Shown one piece after another: positions 1-9,746 of a stretch of 64,000 nucleotides of DNA. Below the pieces are notes generated by a model. It searched no databases and had not been told where the DNA came from. It saw nothing but the letters and a program-made list of their open reading frames with translations. The position numbers were made by a program, and so were the translations under genes. Source of the DNA: a virus (taxonomy: Duplodnaviria > Caudoviricetes); IMG/VR virus record IMGVR_UViG_3300029305_011823; one strand, given 5' to 3'. Position 1 is the stretch's first letter. Each line of letters opens with the position of its first letter.

Positions 1-735
1 GGAGAAAGAATCAATACTGCTCTTACTATAGAAAAAATAAGAGACTGGAAAGCTATGGCTAATATAGACATAACTCCAGAAATAGTTAATGATATAGCTA
101 CTACATTAACTCAATTCGAAGATTCAAATGCTATGGATTTCTTAGAAACAAGTTTAGATAGATGGATAGACAAAAAAGATCTTCCATATGGATATAATAA
201 AGGATTTGTTCAAACTGCTACTTTCGATTGCAACGTTACAAGTGGTATGTTAACTCAATCTGATTATATAGAAAAAGAATTAAAATTCAGATTTAATAAA
301 TTAGTTTCTCAATTAAAAGATATATTAAAAACTAACGAAATAATGTTCGTTGCTTACGGACATCCAGATAATATAGAATTATTTAACAGTGCTGTTAAAT
401 GGGTAGTAGACCAAAATACTAGAGTAGGTGGAGTACAATTAGACTATAAATTCGGTGTTATGACTGAATCTGGAAATAGAATCCACTTCTTATCTTCTTT
501 AAAATGTGCTAGAGAAATAGGTGTAAGAATAGTTGCTTATCCTACTACTGCTAACCATATAACTTTCAAACACTATAAATATTCTTTCAATATAGAAAAT
601 ACTTATAGACATCCACAAGTTGATAGAGTTCCTAACATCATGGGTACTCATAGATACTTATCAACTGAAATGTTACCAGTTCAAGCTCGTATGGAATTCG
701 TAAATAACGATTTCGGTATAGATGCTAGAGAATAA
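1..735 (+). CDS. probable major capsid protein, C-terminal part (5'-truncated by window edge)
   Basis: Frame is open from base 1 (GERINTALTIEKIRDWKAMAN...). Codon bias (TTC, AAC, GCT) resembles the sheath/tube genes. Followed by a strong terminator and lies upstream of terminase. Confidence 0.55.
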   Translation, partial: GERINTALTIEKIRDWKAMANIDITPEIVNDIATTLTQFEDSNAMDFLETSLDRWIDKKDLPYGYNKGFVQTATFDCNVTSGMLTQSDYIEKELKFRFNKLVSQLKDILKTNEIMFVAYGHPDNIELFNSAVKWVVDQNTRVGGVQLDYKFGVMTESGNRIHFLSSLKCAREIGVRIVAYPTTANHITFKHYKYSFNIENTYRHPQVDRVPNIMGTHRYLSTEMLPVQARMEFVNNDFGIDARE

Positions 736-785
736 TCTTGATGGATTTTAAATCCATGACTATTTGTAATAGATGGTGATAAATG

Positions 786-830
786 AATTTCTAGTACAAT
801 CTTATAACGAGATTGTACTAGAAATTTTTT
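786..830 (+). terminator. intrinsic terminator
   Basis: TTTCTAGTACAATCT...AGATTGTACTAGAAA stem followed by a T run. Confidence 0.85.
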
Positions 831-855
831 ATTCTAAATAGAAAGGAGTAAGTAG

Positions 856-2106
856 ATGAAGAGGATAGCAAAAAAAGAATCTATTATGTTCGTTGAAGAA
901 TGTATACGAAATATTCAACAACAAAAAGAAGTTTCTAAAAATATCAAATTAATAGAAAGTGCTATTAAGAGAGAATTTGATATAAAATTACAAATATCTA
1001 TTATAGATAATAAAAAACAATTCTTCGGAATGTGTGTTTATCCATCTCCTGAAGAAATAAATGAACTTACTAAAATGCTATTAGATACAAATGTTAGAAT
1101 GGCTGATGTAGAACGTGTTCATATTGAATTCATGACTAAAGGAGTACATGTTGTAGAAATAGATTCTATGCTTTTATACGATCATAATTTAAATGCTTCT
1201 GCTGGAGAAGTTACTGCTATATTATTACATGAAATAGGACATATAATAGCATCTAACAGTATCGTATGTAGATTTGAAAGAGCTAAAGAATATATAACTA
1301 TAAAATTTGACAATAGAACGAGAAAATTAGTTCCTATACTTCCATTTATAAAACAAGTGTTCAATATAGCAACATTACAAATATTCTCAAATCATTTTAA
1401 TAGTCAATTAGCTAAAGAAAGAAAAGCAGATGAGTTGGCATTTAAAGAAGGTTATGGAGAAGAATTAAGTAATATTTTAGGAAAACTTATCGCTAATGGT
1501 AAGGGAGAGCGTGTTAAAAGAACACAAAAAGACATGGATAAAGATATAGAGTTAACCATAGACTGGTTAATCGTTAATGTTAAAGAATTACAATATAGAA
1601 AAGATAGATTAAATAAATCTATCAAAATGTTAAAATTAAGCACTCCATCTATATTCTTAGCAGATCAATTAGATAAGATACATCATTCGGTATTTAAAGA
1701 TGATCATAAAGAATTAGTTGAAAAGGTTGCTGTAATAAATGAAGCATTTATTTTATCTAGTTTAAATGGTAAAAAATGTAAAGCACCTAAAGGAGCTATG
1801 GATAGTTCTGGAAGAGTTAGAAAACTTCATCCGAGAGATTTAGATATTTATAGAGCCGAATTAGAAAGAGTTGACACTGTAGATGATAAAATATTCTTAT
1901 TAGAAAGATTATATGATTTATTAGATATAGCTGAGTATGCTAGACAAATAGCTATAGATGAACCTAGGAGATCAACTCAATCAGTTCAAACTATTGACAT
2001 GTATATAAATCAAATACATGAAATAATAAATGAAGTTAATAAGAAAAGAATTACTAAAACTAAATATGGATTGTTTATCAAATATCCTGCAGATTATGAA
2101 GGGTAG
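856..2106 (+). CDS. zincin-type metalloprotease-like virion protein
   Basis: ILLHEIGH (HExxH) plus downstream ExxAD (ERKADE); lies in the head/packaging module. Confidence 0.6.
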   Translation: MKRIAKKESIMFVEECIRNIQQQKEVSKNIKLIESAIKREFDIKLQISIIDNKKQFFGMCVYPSPEEINELTKMLLDTNVRMADVERVHIEFMTKGVHVVEIDSMLLYDHNLNASAGEVTAILLHEIGHIIASNSIVCRFERAKEYITIKFDNRTRKLVPILPFIKQVFNIATLQIFSNHFNSQLAKERKADELAFKEGYGEELSNILGKLIANGKGERVKRTQKDMDKDIELTIDWLIVNVKELQYRKDRLNKSIKMLKLSTPSIFLADQLDKIHHSVFKDDHKELVEKVAVINEAFILSSLNGKKCKAPKGAMDSSGRVRKLHPRDLDIYRAELERVDTVDDKIFLLERLYDLLDIAEYARQIAIDEPRRSTQSVQTIDMYINQIHEIINEVNKKRITKTKYGLFIKYPADYEG

Positions 2107-2158
2107 TATATTGGAACTGTGGGATAACCACGGTTCCAAATTATTTTTTGGGTGGTGA

Positions 2159-4288
2159 ATGGAAATGTACATACATGAAACGAATAATGTATTTTATGAT
2201 ACAGAAACAAACAATCTATCTTTCCTTCAAGTAGCCTCGGACCTAAAGAAATTAGGTATTAAAAATAATATGTTCTTTTTAAGGTTATATGATAAAGGAT
2301 TACAAGGAATAGATCCACATGGTCCTATAACAGCAATGTCAAATGAATTATGTCAAAGAATAATGGCAGAATGTATTAGGAATCCATGGTATTACTTAAG
2401 AGAAGTTTGTAGAATACCTGACCAAGGGAATAGTAATGGTATTCCATATAAATTAAATAGAGCCAACTTAGCAGCTACTTGGTGTTTTGTTAATAATATA
2501 GACCACTATTTAACAATACCAAGACAGGTTGGTAAAACACAATCGATAATAGCAAATCTTACTTGGGCTTATTTATTCGGTACAACCAACTCTTCGTTTG
2601 CGTTCTTTGCTACATCACAAGAACTTGCATCAGAAAACTTAGAGAGATTAAAAATGCAAAGGGAATTGTTACCTCCATATTTAAGATTAAGACAGGATTG
2701 TGTTATAGATGCTATATTAGGAACTAAAGATAATGAAATAGACAATATTAGAAAAATTTATAATCCATTAAATAAAAATACAATAGTAACTAAACCTAAA
2801 GCTAGTAGTAAAGAAGCAGCTATAAAACTAGGAAGGGGTAATACATTACCTATCACATATTCAGACGAAACTGAGTTCACTGATTATATAGATGAAATAG
2901 TTAAGGCTTCAGGTCCAGCGTTCTCAACTGCAGCAGCCAATGCCGAACGTAACGGTGCTGCTTATTGCCGTATATTCTCAAGTACACCAGGTGACTTAGA
3001 CTCTCCTGCTGGTCAAGCTGCACAAGCTATATTAGATAAAACATGTAGATGGACTGAAACTTATTATGATTTAGGTCCTGAAAAAGCTAAAGAAATAATA
3101 GCTTCTAACTCTGAAAATGGTATTTGCTATATAGAATATTCTTATAAGCAATTAGGATTGGGTGAAGAATGGTTTAGAAAGCTATGTAAACTTGTCAATG
3201 GTGACCCTACAGCGATTAAAAGGGAATTATTATTACAAAGAATTAGAGGTAGTAAAGATTCTCCTTTTAGTGAAGAAGACTTAATGGCTATACAAGAAAT
3301 TAGACCTGTTATATTGGAAGAATATTTTATAATGGATATTTACCAATTAAACGTTTATAAGGAATTAAATCCTAAAGTTCCTTATTTAGTCGGTGTCGAC
3401 GTTGCTACAGGGGTTAATAACGACAGTACGGCTGTATCAGTAGTTAATCCTTATACTTTACAAATAGATGCAGAATTTAGAAGTCCTATTATGGGTTATC
3501 CAGATTTAAAAAGATTCTTATATCAAATGGTTAAAAAGTATATTCCAAACTGTGTTCTTTGTATAGAAAAGAACCATGGAGGAGATGCTGTAATACAAGA
3601 CTTAAGAGAATCGGTTCTTAATAGAAATATCTACCATAGTATGTCAAAAGAATTAGTTGATGATAATAATGCTAAAATGAATAAAGGGCATATAGAAAGA
3701 GAAGTTGAAAGAAGAAGAAACTACGGAGTATTTACAGGTACTAAATCAAGAGCATTAATGATAGATTTATTATTCTTAACAGTACAAGAAAATAAAGATA
3801 GATTAACTTCTCATTATGTTATAGATGATATACTTAAATTAGTAAGAAAGAATGGTAAAGTTCAAGCAGCAGCAGGGGAACACGATGATAGTATTATGTC
3901 ATACTTAATAGCTTTATACGTTTATACTTATGGTAAAAACCTTAATAGATGGGGAATTGTTCAAGGTATGAAGGAACCAGGTTATGATGGTGATAAAGCA
4001 CAAGAAGAAGATGCTATGCAATATGCTATGAATAACTTATCTGAAGAAGATATGATGTTCTTCCAAGCACAAATAATGGCATCTCAAGCTGCTAGTACAT
4101 ATGAAGCTCAAATGAGGAAAGAAGCAATGCAATGGAATAGACAATCGGAAATAATAGATAAACAAATAAATGCTACTACTAGAGTTGAAGATATAGAAAA
4201 AGAAGATTTGAACTATGACTTTGATAAAAGGGACAGAAATTCAAATCCATTCTTATTAAATGAGTTCGATGATTTAAATGACTGGTAA
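2159..4288 (+). CDS. terL: terminase large subunit
   Basis: Walker A PRQVGKT, Walker B YSDE, motif III SSTP, RNase H-fold nuclease VGVDVATG...DST...IEKN...HDD. Confidence 0.92.
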   Translation: MEMYIHETNNVFYDTETNNLSFLQVASDLKKLGIKNNMFFLRLYDKGLQGIDPHGPITAMSNELCQRIMAECIRNPWYYLREVCRIPDQGNSNGIPYKLNRANLAATWCFVNNIDHYLTIPRQVGKTQSIIANLTWAYLFGTTNSSFAFFATSQELASENLERLKMQRELLPPYLRLRQDCVIDAILGTKDNEIDNIRKIYNPLNKNTIVTKPKASSKEAAIKLGRGNTLPITYSDETEFTDYIDEIVKASGPAFSTAAANAERNGAAYCRIFSSTPGDLDSPAGQAAQAILDKTCRWTETYYDLGPEKAKEIIASNSENGICYIEYSYKQLGLGEEWFRKLCKLVNGDPTAIKRELLLQRIRGSKDSPFSEEDLMAIQEIRPVILEEYFIMDIYQLNVYKELNPKVPYLVGVDVATGVNNDSTAVSVVNPYTLQIDAEFRSPIMGYPDLKRFLYQMVKKYIPNCVLCIEKNHGGDAVIQDLRESVLNRNIYHSMSKELVDDNNAKMNKGHIEREVERRRNYGVFTGTKSRALMIDLLFLTVQENKDRLTSHYVIDDILKLVRKNGKVQAAAGEHDDSIMSYLIALYVYTYGKNLNRWGIVQGMKEPGYDGDKAQEEDAMQYAMNNLSEEDMMFFQAQIMASQAASTYEAQMRKEAMQWNRQSEIIDKQINATTRVEDIEKEDLNYDFDKRDRNSNPFLLNEFDDLNDW

Positions 4289-4324
4289 TAATAGATATGG
4301 CTTCGGTCATATCTATTATTTTTT
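4287..4324 (+). terminator. intrinsic terminator
   Basis: AATAATAGATATGG-CTTCGG-TCATATCTATTATT followed by a T run; cUUCGg loop. Confidence 0.85.
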
Positions 4325-4335
4325 ATTCTAAACTT

Positions 4336-4347
4336 AACAGTTATTTA
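4336..4347 (+). promoter_or_regulatory. AR9-type late promoter AACA-N6-TA
   Basis: AACAGTTATTTA directly after a terminator and before an RBS; same motif occurs at 15 other intergenic sites. Confidence 0.7.
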
Positions 4348-4389
4348 GATAATAAATGAGAATATAAAGTATAAAGGAGAGGTAGAATT

Positions 4390-5151
4390 ATGATAAGAGA
4401 TAATGATTTTATTAACGGTTTTGATATAGAAAGAATATTAGGGGATTTACCTATAGACATAATAAAAGAAAACATCAAATCGCAAATAGACGATCCTTTA
4501 ACATTTATGACAAATCATTGTGATCAAGTTTACGAAACTCTTGATGAAGCAATGGATGAAGTAGGACATATAGATGAATATAGAGAAGAACTTAATGAAA
4601 TGAGAGATGATTTTAATTCATTCCTTATATTAGAATTAGATAAAGGGTTTGGATTAGGAATAGATATAGAGAATTTACAATCATATGAAATGGAAGAAAT
4701 AGGTAGAAATGCATATGAATTCTTTGTAGTTAATCTAAGAGAAAATATAACTAATTTTCTTAAAAACTATATTTGTATTAACAAATCATCATTGGCTGAA
4801 TTATTTACAGATGAATATAAACGTAAAGATGTAACAACTACAAATATGAAAAGATTAACTAAGAATAAAGATGATGTCGTTATATTATCAAATATAATAT
4901 CGGTAATATATCACATTTTAGATCTTGATTTAGATCCTGAGGATTTTATGGAAATGTCTATAGAACCAGGAGAGTATTCAGGGGAAGCTGTAAAAGAATA
5001 TGTGTACAGTTTTAAAATAGCTAATAACTTCGTAAGTAGATTATTCAACGAAGTTAAATATACACATAATGACGCAATAGATGAATTTGCATCGGAGATA
5101 TGTTTAGAACTTCAAAATAATTTAATATTTGGTGAAAGTGAAGAAGAATAA
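4390..5151 (+). CDS. hypothetical protein (virion module)
   Basis: 253-aa acidic ORF with GGAGG RBS. Confidence 0.8.
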   Translation: MIRDNDFINGFDIERILGDLPIDIIKENIKSQIDDPLTFMTNHCDQVYETLDEAMDEVGHIDEYREELNEMRDDFNSFLILELDKGFGLGIDIENLQSYEMEEIGRNAYEFFVVNLRENITNFLKNYICINKSSLAELFTDEYKRKDVTTTNMKRLTKNKDDVVILSNIISVIYHILDLDLDPEDFMEMSIEPGEYSGEAVKEYVYSFKIANNFVSRLFNEVKYTHNDAIDEFASEICLELQNNLIFGESEEE

Positions 5152-5173
5152 AAATATTTAGGAGGTAATAATT

Positions 5174-6064
5174 ATGTCAAATATTACAAGATTGGATGAA
5201 TCTAAGGAAAAATTAAATAAATTAAGAGAATCACAAAAGGAATTATTACAAGAGGATGAAGATGCTTTTGCTGCAGTAGTTCCTACATTATCAGTAAAAC
5301 AAATAGAAGAAATGTCTGATGATGAATTATTAGCTTTTAATAATTATGAAGAAGGTAAATATTATATAGGTGAACCAGATTTTGAAACTAAAGAAGATCT
5401 AGTTGAGTATATAAGATCAGTTATGGTTTATTTAGTTCAATCTTATGAGTTCTCTATAGAAATGGATAATTCAATTAAAGAAATAAATGATTTAACAAAG
5501 GAAACTAATGACGCTATAAAAGAATTTTATGGTTTTGATAAATTAGATCCAAATGTTAGTTCAATTGATATAATAGAAAAAGCTATAAGTGATGGATTAT
5601 CAAAAGCTGAAGAGGCTGGAGATATAACAAAATATGCACAAATTTTACAATCACAAGAAACTTTTAATGAAACATTTACATTAGATAGAATTAAAAATCT
5701 TTATAAAACATTAGATCCTGAGAATTTAAAGAAAGATGCACAATCGGATAGATCAGTAACAATATATAAAAATTATGTGAAAGTACAACAAAAATTAGGT
5801 TCTCAATATGACCTAGTGCAAGTAAATGATTTAGAACAAAGATTTTTACCAGAAGAATATCATAGTTTGAATAATTTATTTATAATAGCAGTTATTAAAT
5901 ATATAAGTAAATCTATGAAAGATGGTAGATATTCTAGTGATACAGCTTTCTTCGTGTCACAATTAACAACTAATTTATTCTTATTACATTTAGGTAAAAT
6001 GCCTAAAGACAAAGAAGAAATATTATTAACAAATATTAAAGAATTTTTAGACATGGTAAGATAA
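5174..6064 (+). CDS. hypothetical protein (virion module)
   Basis: 296-aa ORF with GGAGG RBS; terminator at 6066-6096. Confidence 0.8.
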   Translation: MSNITRLDESKEKLNKLRESQKELLQEDEDAFAAVVPTLSVKQIEEMSDDELLAFNNYEEGKYYIGEPDFETKEDLVEYIRSVMVYLVQSYEFSIEMDNSIKEINDLTKETNDAIKEFYGFDKLDPNVSSIDIIEKAISDGLSKAEEAGDITKYAQILQSQETFNETFTLDRIKNLYKTLDPENLKKDAQSDRSVTIYKNYVKVQQKLGSQYDLVQVNDLEQRFLPEEYHSLNNLFIIAVIKYISKSMKDGRYSSDTAFFVSQLTTNLFLLHLGKMPKDKEEILLTNIKEFLDMVR

Positions 6065-6106
6065 TAGATGATAGCCAATGGCTATCATCTTTTTTTCATC
6101 GTTAAA

Positions 6107-6118
6107 AACAATTACCTA
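6107..6118 (+). promoter_or_regulatory. AR9-type late promoter
   Basis: AACAATTACCTA. Confidence 0.7.
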
Positions 6119-6146
6119 ATAAGATAAAAATAAAGGAGGAATGTAA

Positions 6147-6881
6147 GTGTTAAAAGCAAATGTTATTAAGAAAGATGGCATGATAGTGTTAAACTGTCCA
6201 TATGCTGAATTCTATGTTCCTAGACAGTATACTGAAAAAGAACTTGCCGTTGACTGTGGTGAATCTTTCCAAGCATTCGGCGTAATGTATCTTAGAACTT
6301 TTTCCACTATGGATAAACCAAATGAGTTAGAGATACTTAAAATACCTAATATGCTTAGTTTCTTCCCAGCAGAAAAAGAAAATAGAAAGATGACAATAGG
6401 GAATGATACTGAAGCTGACTATATAGTATTAAAGTTTTTTAAAGGAAATAATCTATTTCCTTCAGCTATAAGATGTGACAATGCTGCTCCTGAGAATTTT
6501 CTTAATATGGTTTTAGGTGGACAAATACCTAAGAACATTCCATATGATAAGACACTTGATTTATTCTTAAAAGTATTTGAGCAAAATAAAGTTGGTTTAC
6601 CAGCTCCTGCTATCATGCTTGAAATGATAATAAGTGAAGTTTATAGATACGCTGGAGATAACTCACTTAAGTATGGTCAATTCTTAGCTAAAAACTTCGA
6701 TCCAAAGAAAAAGCAATTAGACTATTCATTAGCTAATGTTAGAACTATTTGTAAAAATAATAGTTCATTCGCAGGTATTTCTTTCGAAAATATGGATGAG
6801 ATGATTACATCAGCTATTAATAATAAGAAATACAATAGAACTGAAACTAAAACACCTCTTGAGGACGTTATTAAGTATTAA
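6147..6881 (+). CDS. RNA polymerase beta' C-terminal fragment (probable virion RNAP subunit)
   Basis: MLEMIISEVYR ... SSFAGISFENMDEMITSAI...PLEDVI parallels bacterial beta' HIEVIVRQM ... SFISAASFQETTRVLTEAA...LKENVI. Confidence 0.65.
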   Translation: MLKANVIKKDGMIVLNCPYAEFYVPRQYTEKELAVDCGESFQAFGVMYLRTFSTMDKPNELEILKIPNMLSFFPAEKENRKMTIGNDTEADYIVLKFFKGNNLFPSAIRCDNAAPENFLNMVLGGQIPKNIPYDKTLDLFLKVFEQNKVGLPAPAIMLEMIISEVYRYAGDNSLKYGQFLAKNFDPKKKQLDYSLANVRTICKNNSSFAGISFENMDEMITSAINNKKYNRTETKTPLEDVIKY

Positions 6882-6929
6882 TACAATAATATAACGTAAC
6901 AGGTTGTTAAATCAGTAAAGTGCTGCTTG

Positions 6930-6941
6930 AACAATTATTTA
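6930..6941 (+). promoter_or_regulatory. AR9-type late promoter for sheath/tube
   Basis: AACAATTATTTA. Confidence 0.7.
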
Positions 6942-6979
6942 AATTTAATAAATTAAAAAATAAAGGAGGAATTCAAATC

Positions 6980-8809
6980 ATGTATGTTAATAATAAGAAA
7001 AACATTCCTGATTACGATCATCCGTTTAACGTTACGATCATAAATGATAACACAATTCGTGAAAAAAGACCTGCAGCTGTGCCTGACAGAGTTAATTATT
7101 TATGCGTATTCGTTGGAGGAAAAGGTAGAGATAATAAATTAGTAAAAATTACAAGTCAATCAGAATTTTTAAAGGAATATGGTAAACCTAACATATTTAA
7201 ATATGGGCAACCTATATTAAATGCTTACGCTTCAATAGCAGATGCTTATTCACATGCATATTGTATGAGAGTTATGCCTCTTGATGCAATGTACAGTAAT
7301 ATGATAGTTTCTGCTAAATATAAAGTAGTTGACGGAAGCCTTGAAGTTAAATTAGTTAGAGATACTGAGTTAGCATTAAATAATGCTGCTCATTTAGAAG
7401 GTCTATTATTACAAAAAAGAAATGATGAAGAAGACGAAGCTGGATATAAAACTTTACCTTTATTAGCTATAAGATCTTTAGGTAGAGGGGTATATGGAGA
7501 TTCATTCAGAGTCAGATTAACTGGTGTAGTTAGAAAGAAAACTAACATAGATTATAGACCATACAGATTAGAAGTATTAGACGTTGAGGAAGGAAACGTT
7601 GTTGTTGAAACATTCGATGGATGCTTATACGACCACGCTGCAAACTCTCGTTCAATGTTATTATCTGATATAGTTGATGGAGAAACTGCTTATTCTACTA
7701 GAATAGGTGTACATGTTTTCGAAGATGCATTCGAAATATTATATGATGAATATGCTAAAATGTTCGTAGACAATGGATTAGAATGTCCTGTTGAAAATCA
7801 TAAATTATTCGATCCAATATACGGTGTAACTAATAAACAAGTTAAAATACCTAACTTAGTAATAAATAACGAAGAATTAGCATTAGATAGATTAGATGGT
7901 GTACCTCTAATGGGAGGACATGATGGTGCATTCGCTAACGGAATAGATTTAGAAGGAGAATTATTAGAAGATCTATACATAAAAGCATTTAATGGAGACT
8001 TAGATAGAACTATACTATCTCCAAGAAGAACTCCAGTTAAATACATGTTAGATGCTAACTATCCATTACCTGTTAAGAGAGCAATGGTTAATTTAGCTAT
8101 TCAACGTTATGATGCATTTGTTTATTTAGATGCAGGTATAATAACTACTCATGATGAAGGATTAATATTTGGTGAAGATACTACTGACTTAAACTATAGA
8201 ATAGTTTCTAAAGGATATCAACATTTCCAAATAAGAGATCCATTCAACGGAAAAAAAGTTGCAGTTACTTATACTTATCATTTAGCTAGTCAATTAGCTA
8301 AACATATAGAATTAGTTGGATCACACGTACCATTTACAGGGGAAGCACATGCATTATTAACAGGAGCTGTTAAAAACTCTGTATTACCAGTTCTTGATGA
8401 ATATGATGAAGATATGAAAGAACAACTTTACGACTTAAGATTAAATTACTATGAAGCTCTAGGAGAAAATATATATGCTAGAGGAACTCAAGTAACTGCT
8501 CAAGATGCAGATTCTGACTTAAGTGAAGAACATAATATGGTTATGACTCTTGAAATAAAAGATATAGCTGAAAAAGAAACTATAGCTAGAAGATATAACT
8601 TTGCAGAACCTGAAGATAGACAATTATTCGGTGAAATACTTACTGAAAAAACAAAACAATACAGGGATGTTGTTAGATCAATATCTGTATTATATAGTAT
8701 GACACCAGAAGAAGAACTTTGGTCTGTACTACATTGCTATGTAGAAATCACATTTAAAACTATTGCTAAATCTTCAATTGTTGAAATTAATATCAATAGT
8801 AGAGTATAA
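6980..8809 (+). CDS. contractile tail sheath protein
   Basis: N-terminal ITSQSEFLKEYGKP, LGRGVYG, LMGGHDG and sheath-type C-terminal domain. Start moved to the ATG after AAGGAGGA. Confidence 0.85.
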   Translation: MYVNNKKNIPDYDHPFNVTIINDNTIREKRPAAVPDRVNYLCVFVGGKGRDNKLVKITSQSEFLKEYGKPNIFKYGQPILNAYASIADAYSHAYCMRVMPLDAMYSNMIVSAKYKVVDGSLEVKLVRDTELALNNAAHLEGLLLQKRNDEEDEAGYKTLPLLAIRSLGRGVYGDSFRVRLTGVVRKKTNIDYRPYRLEVLDVEEGNVVVETFDGCLYDHAANSRSMLLSDIVDGETAYSTRIGVHVFEDAFEILYDEYAKMFVDNGLECPVENHKLFDPIYGVTNKQVKIPNLVINNEELALDRLDGVPLMGGHDGAFANGIDLEGELLEDLYIKAFNGDLDRTILSPRRTPVKYMLDANYPLPVKRAMVNLAIQRYDAFVYLDAGIITTHDEGLIFGEDTTDLNYRIVSKGYQHFQIRDPFNGKKVAVTYTYHLASQLAKHIELVGSHVPFTGEAHALLTGAVKNSVLPVLDEYDEDMKEQLYDLRLNYYEALGENIYARGTQVTAQDADSDLSEEHNMVMTLEIKDIAEKETIARRYNFAEPEDRQLFGEILTEKTKQYRDVVRSISVLYSMTPEEELWSVLHCYVEITFKTIAKSSIVEININSRV

Positions 8810-8831
8810 TTAAAAGGGTAGGTGAATATAA

Positions 8832-9695
8832 ATGGCTTTAGATGAACAAAGAACGTTACAAAGTAACATTAAGAATAATAAAACTGATATGACAGGATAT
8901 TCGCTATTCCTTGGAGGATTAAACGTTAAACGTGCTGCATTAGAACAATATAACGTATTAAAAACTGGTAAAGGTAGAATATTCTTAACTAAAATGCCTT
9001 TCTTCATGAAAGCTTTAATGCCAGAAGCAACTAAAAACTTTAAACATGTTGTTGAATATGGTTTCATGGATATACAAGGTATACAAGATTTAACTATGGA
9101 ATTCGATAGTATCACTGGAGGATATGCTGGAAGATCATTCGAAATACCAACTATCTTAAAAGATGAAACTAACGAAATAACTATAAAAATATTAGAATTT
9201 GCTGGTTCTCCTATGAGAGAATATTTAGAAATGTGGATGACAGGTGTTTCTGACCCTAATAGTGGATTTACTCACTATCATGGATTAGCTATACCTCAAC
9301 CAAATGCAAATGGTAACGGATTTAAAGAACCTGAAGTAGAAGTTTCTCAAGCTAACCATACTATGGAAGCATTCTACGTAATGACTGACCAAACTGGATT
9401 CAATATAGAATTCGCTTGTATGTTATGTAATATGTTCCCTAAAACTTCTGCTAGAAACCACTTCAACCATACTTCTGGAGAAATGGCACACGTTGAATTA
9501 GAAATAGCATTCACTTGTACTATGTATACTTCTCCTGATATAAATGCTGTGGCTCAATTATTATTAAATAAATATAGAGTTCTTTACAACTTCTTAGACT
9601 TCAAATCTGAAACAGGATCTGAAACTAACGAAGTTAAATCATTATCTGAAGAAGAATTCCCATCTAAAAATATTAAAGACTGGACATTCAATTAG
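8832..9695 (+). CDS. tail tube protein
   Basis: Directly after sheath; highly expressed codon bias; beta-rich with W..GV.DP..G and N.FP motifs typical of myovirus tubes. Confidence 0.75.
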   Translation: MALDEQRTLQSNIKNNKTDMTGYSLFLGGLNVKRAALEQYNVLKTGKGRIFLTKMPFFMKALMPEATKNFKHVVEYGFMDIQGIQDLTMEFDSITGGYAGRSFEIPTILKDETNEITIKILEFAGSPMREYLEMWMTGVSDPNSGFTHYHGLAIPQPNANGNGFKEPEVEVSQANHTMEAFYVMTDQTGFNIEFACMLCNMFPKTSARNHFNHTSGEMAHVELEIAFTCTMYTSPDINAVAQLLLNKYRVLYNFLDFKSETGSETNEVKSLSEEEFPSKNIKDWTFN

Positions 9696-9702
9696 GATTA
9701 AA

Positions 9703-9746
9703 TATATAGAATACATCCCTAGGGATGTATTCTATATTCTTTTTTT
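9703..9746. terminator. bidirectional terminator between convergent genes
   Basis: ATATAGAATACATCCC-TA-GGGATGTATTCTATAT palindrome with T run. Confidence 0.85.
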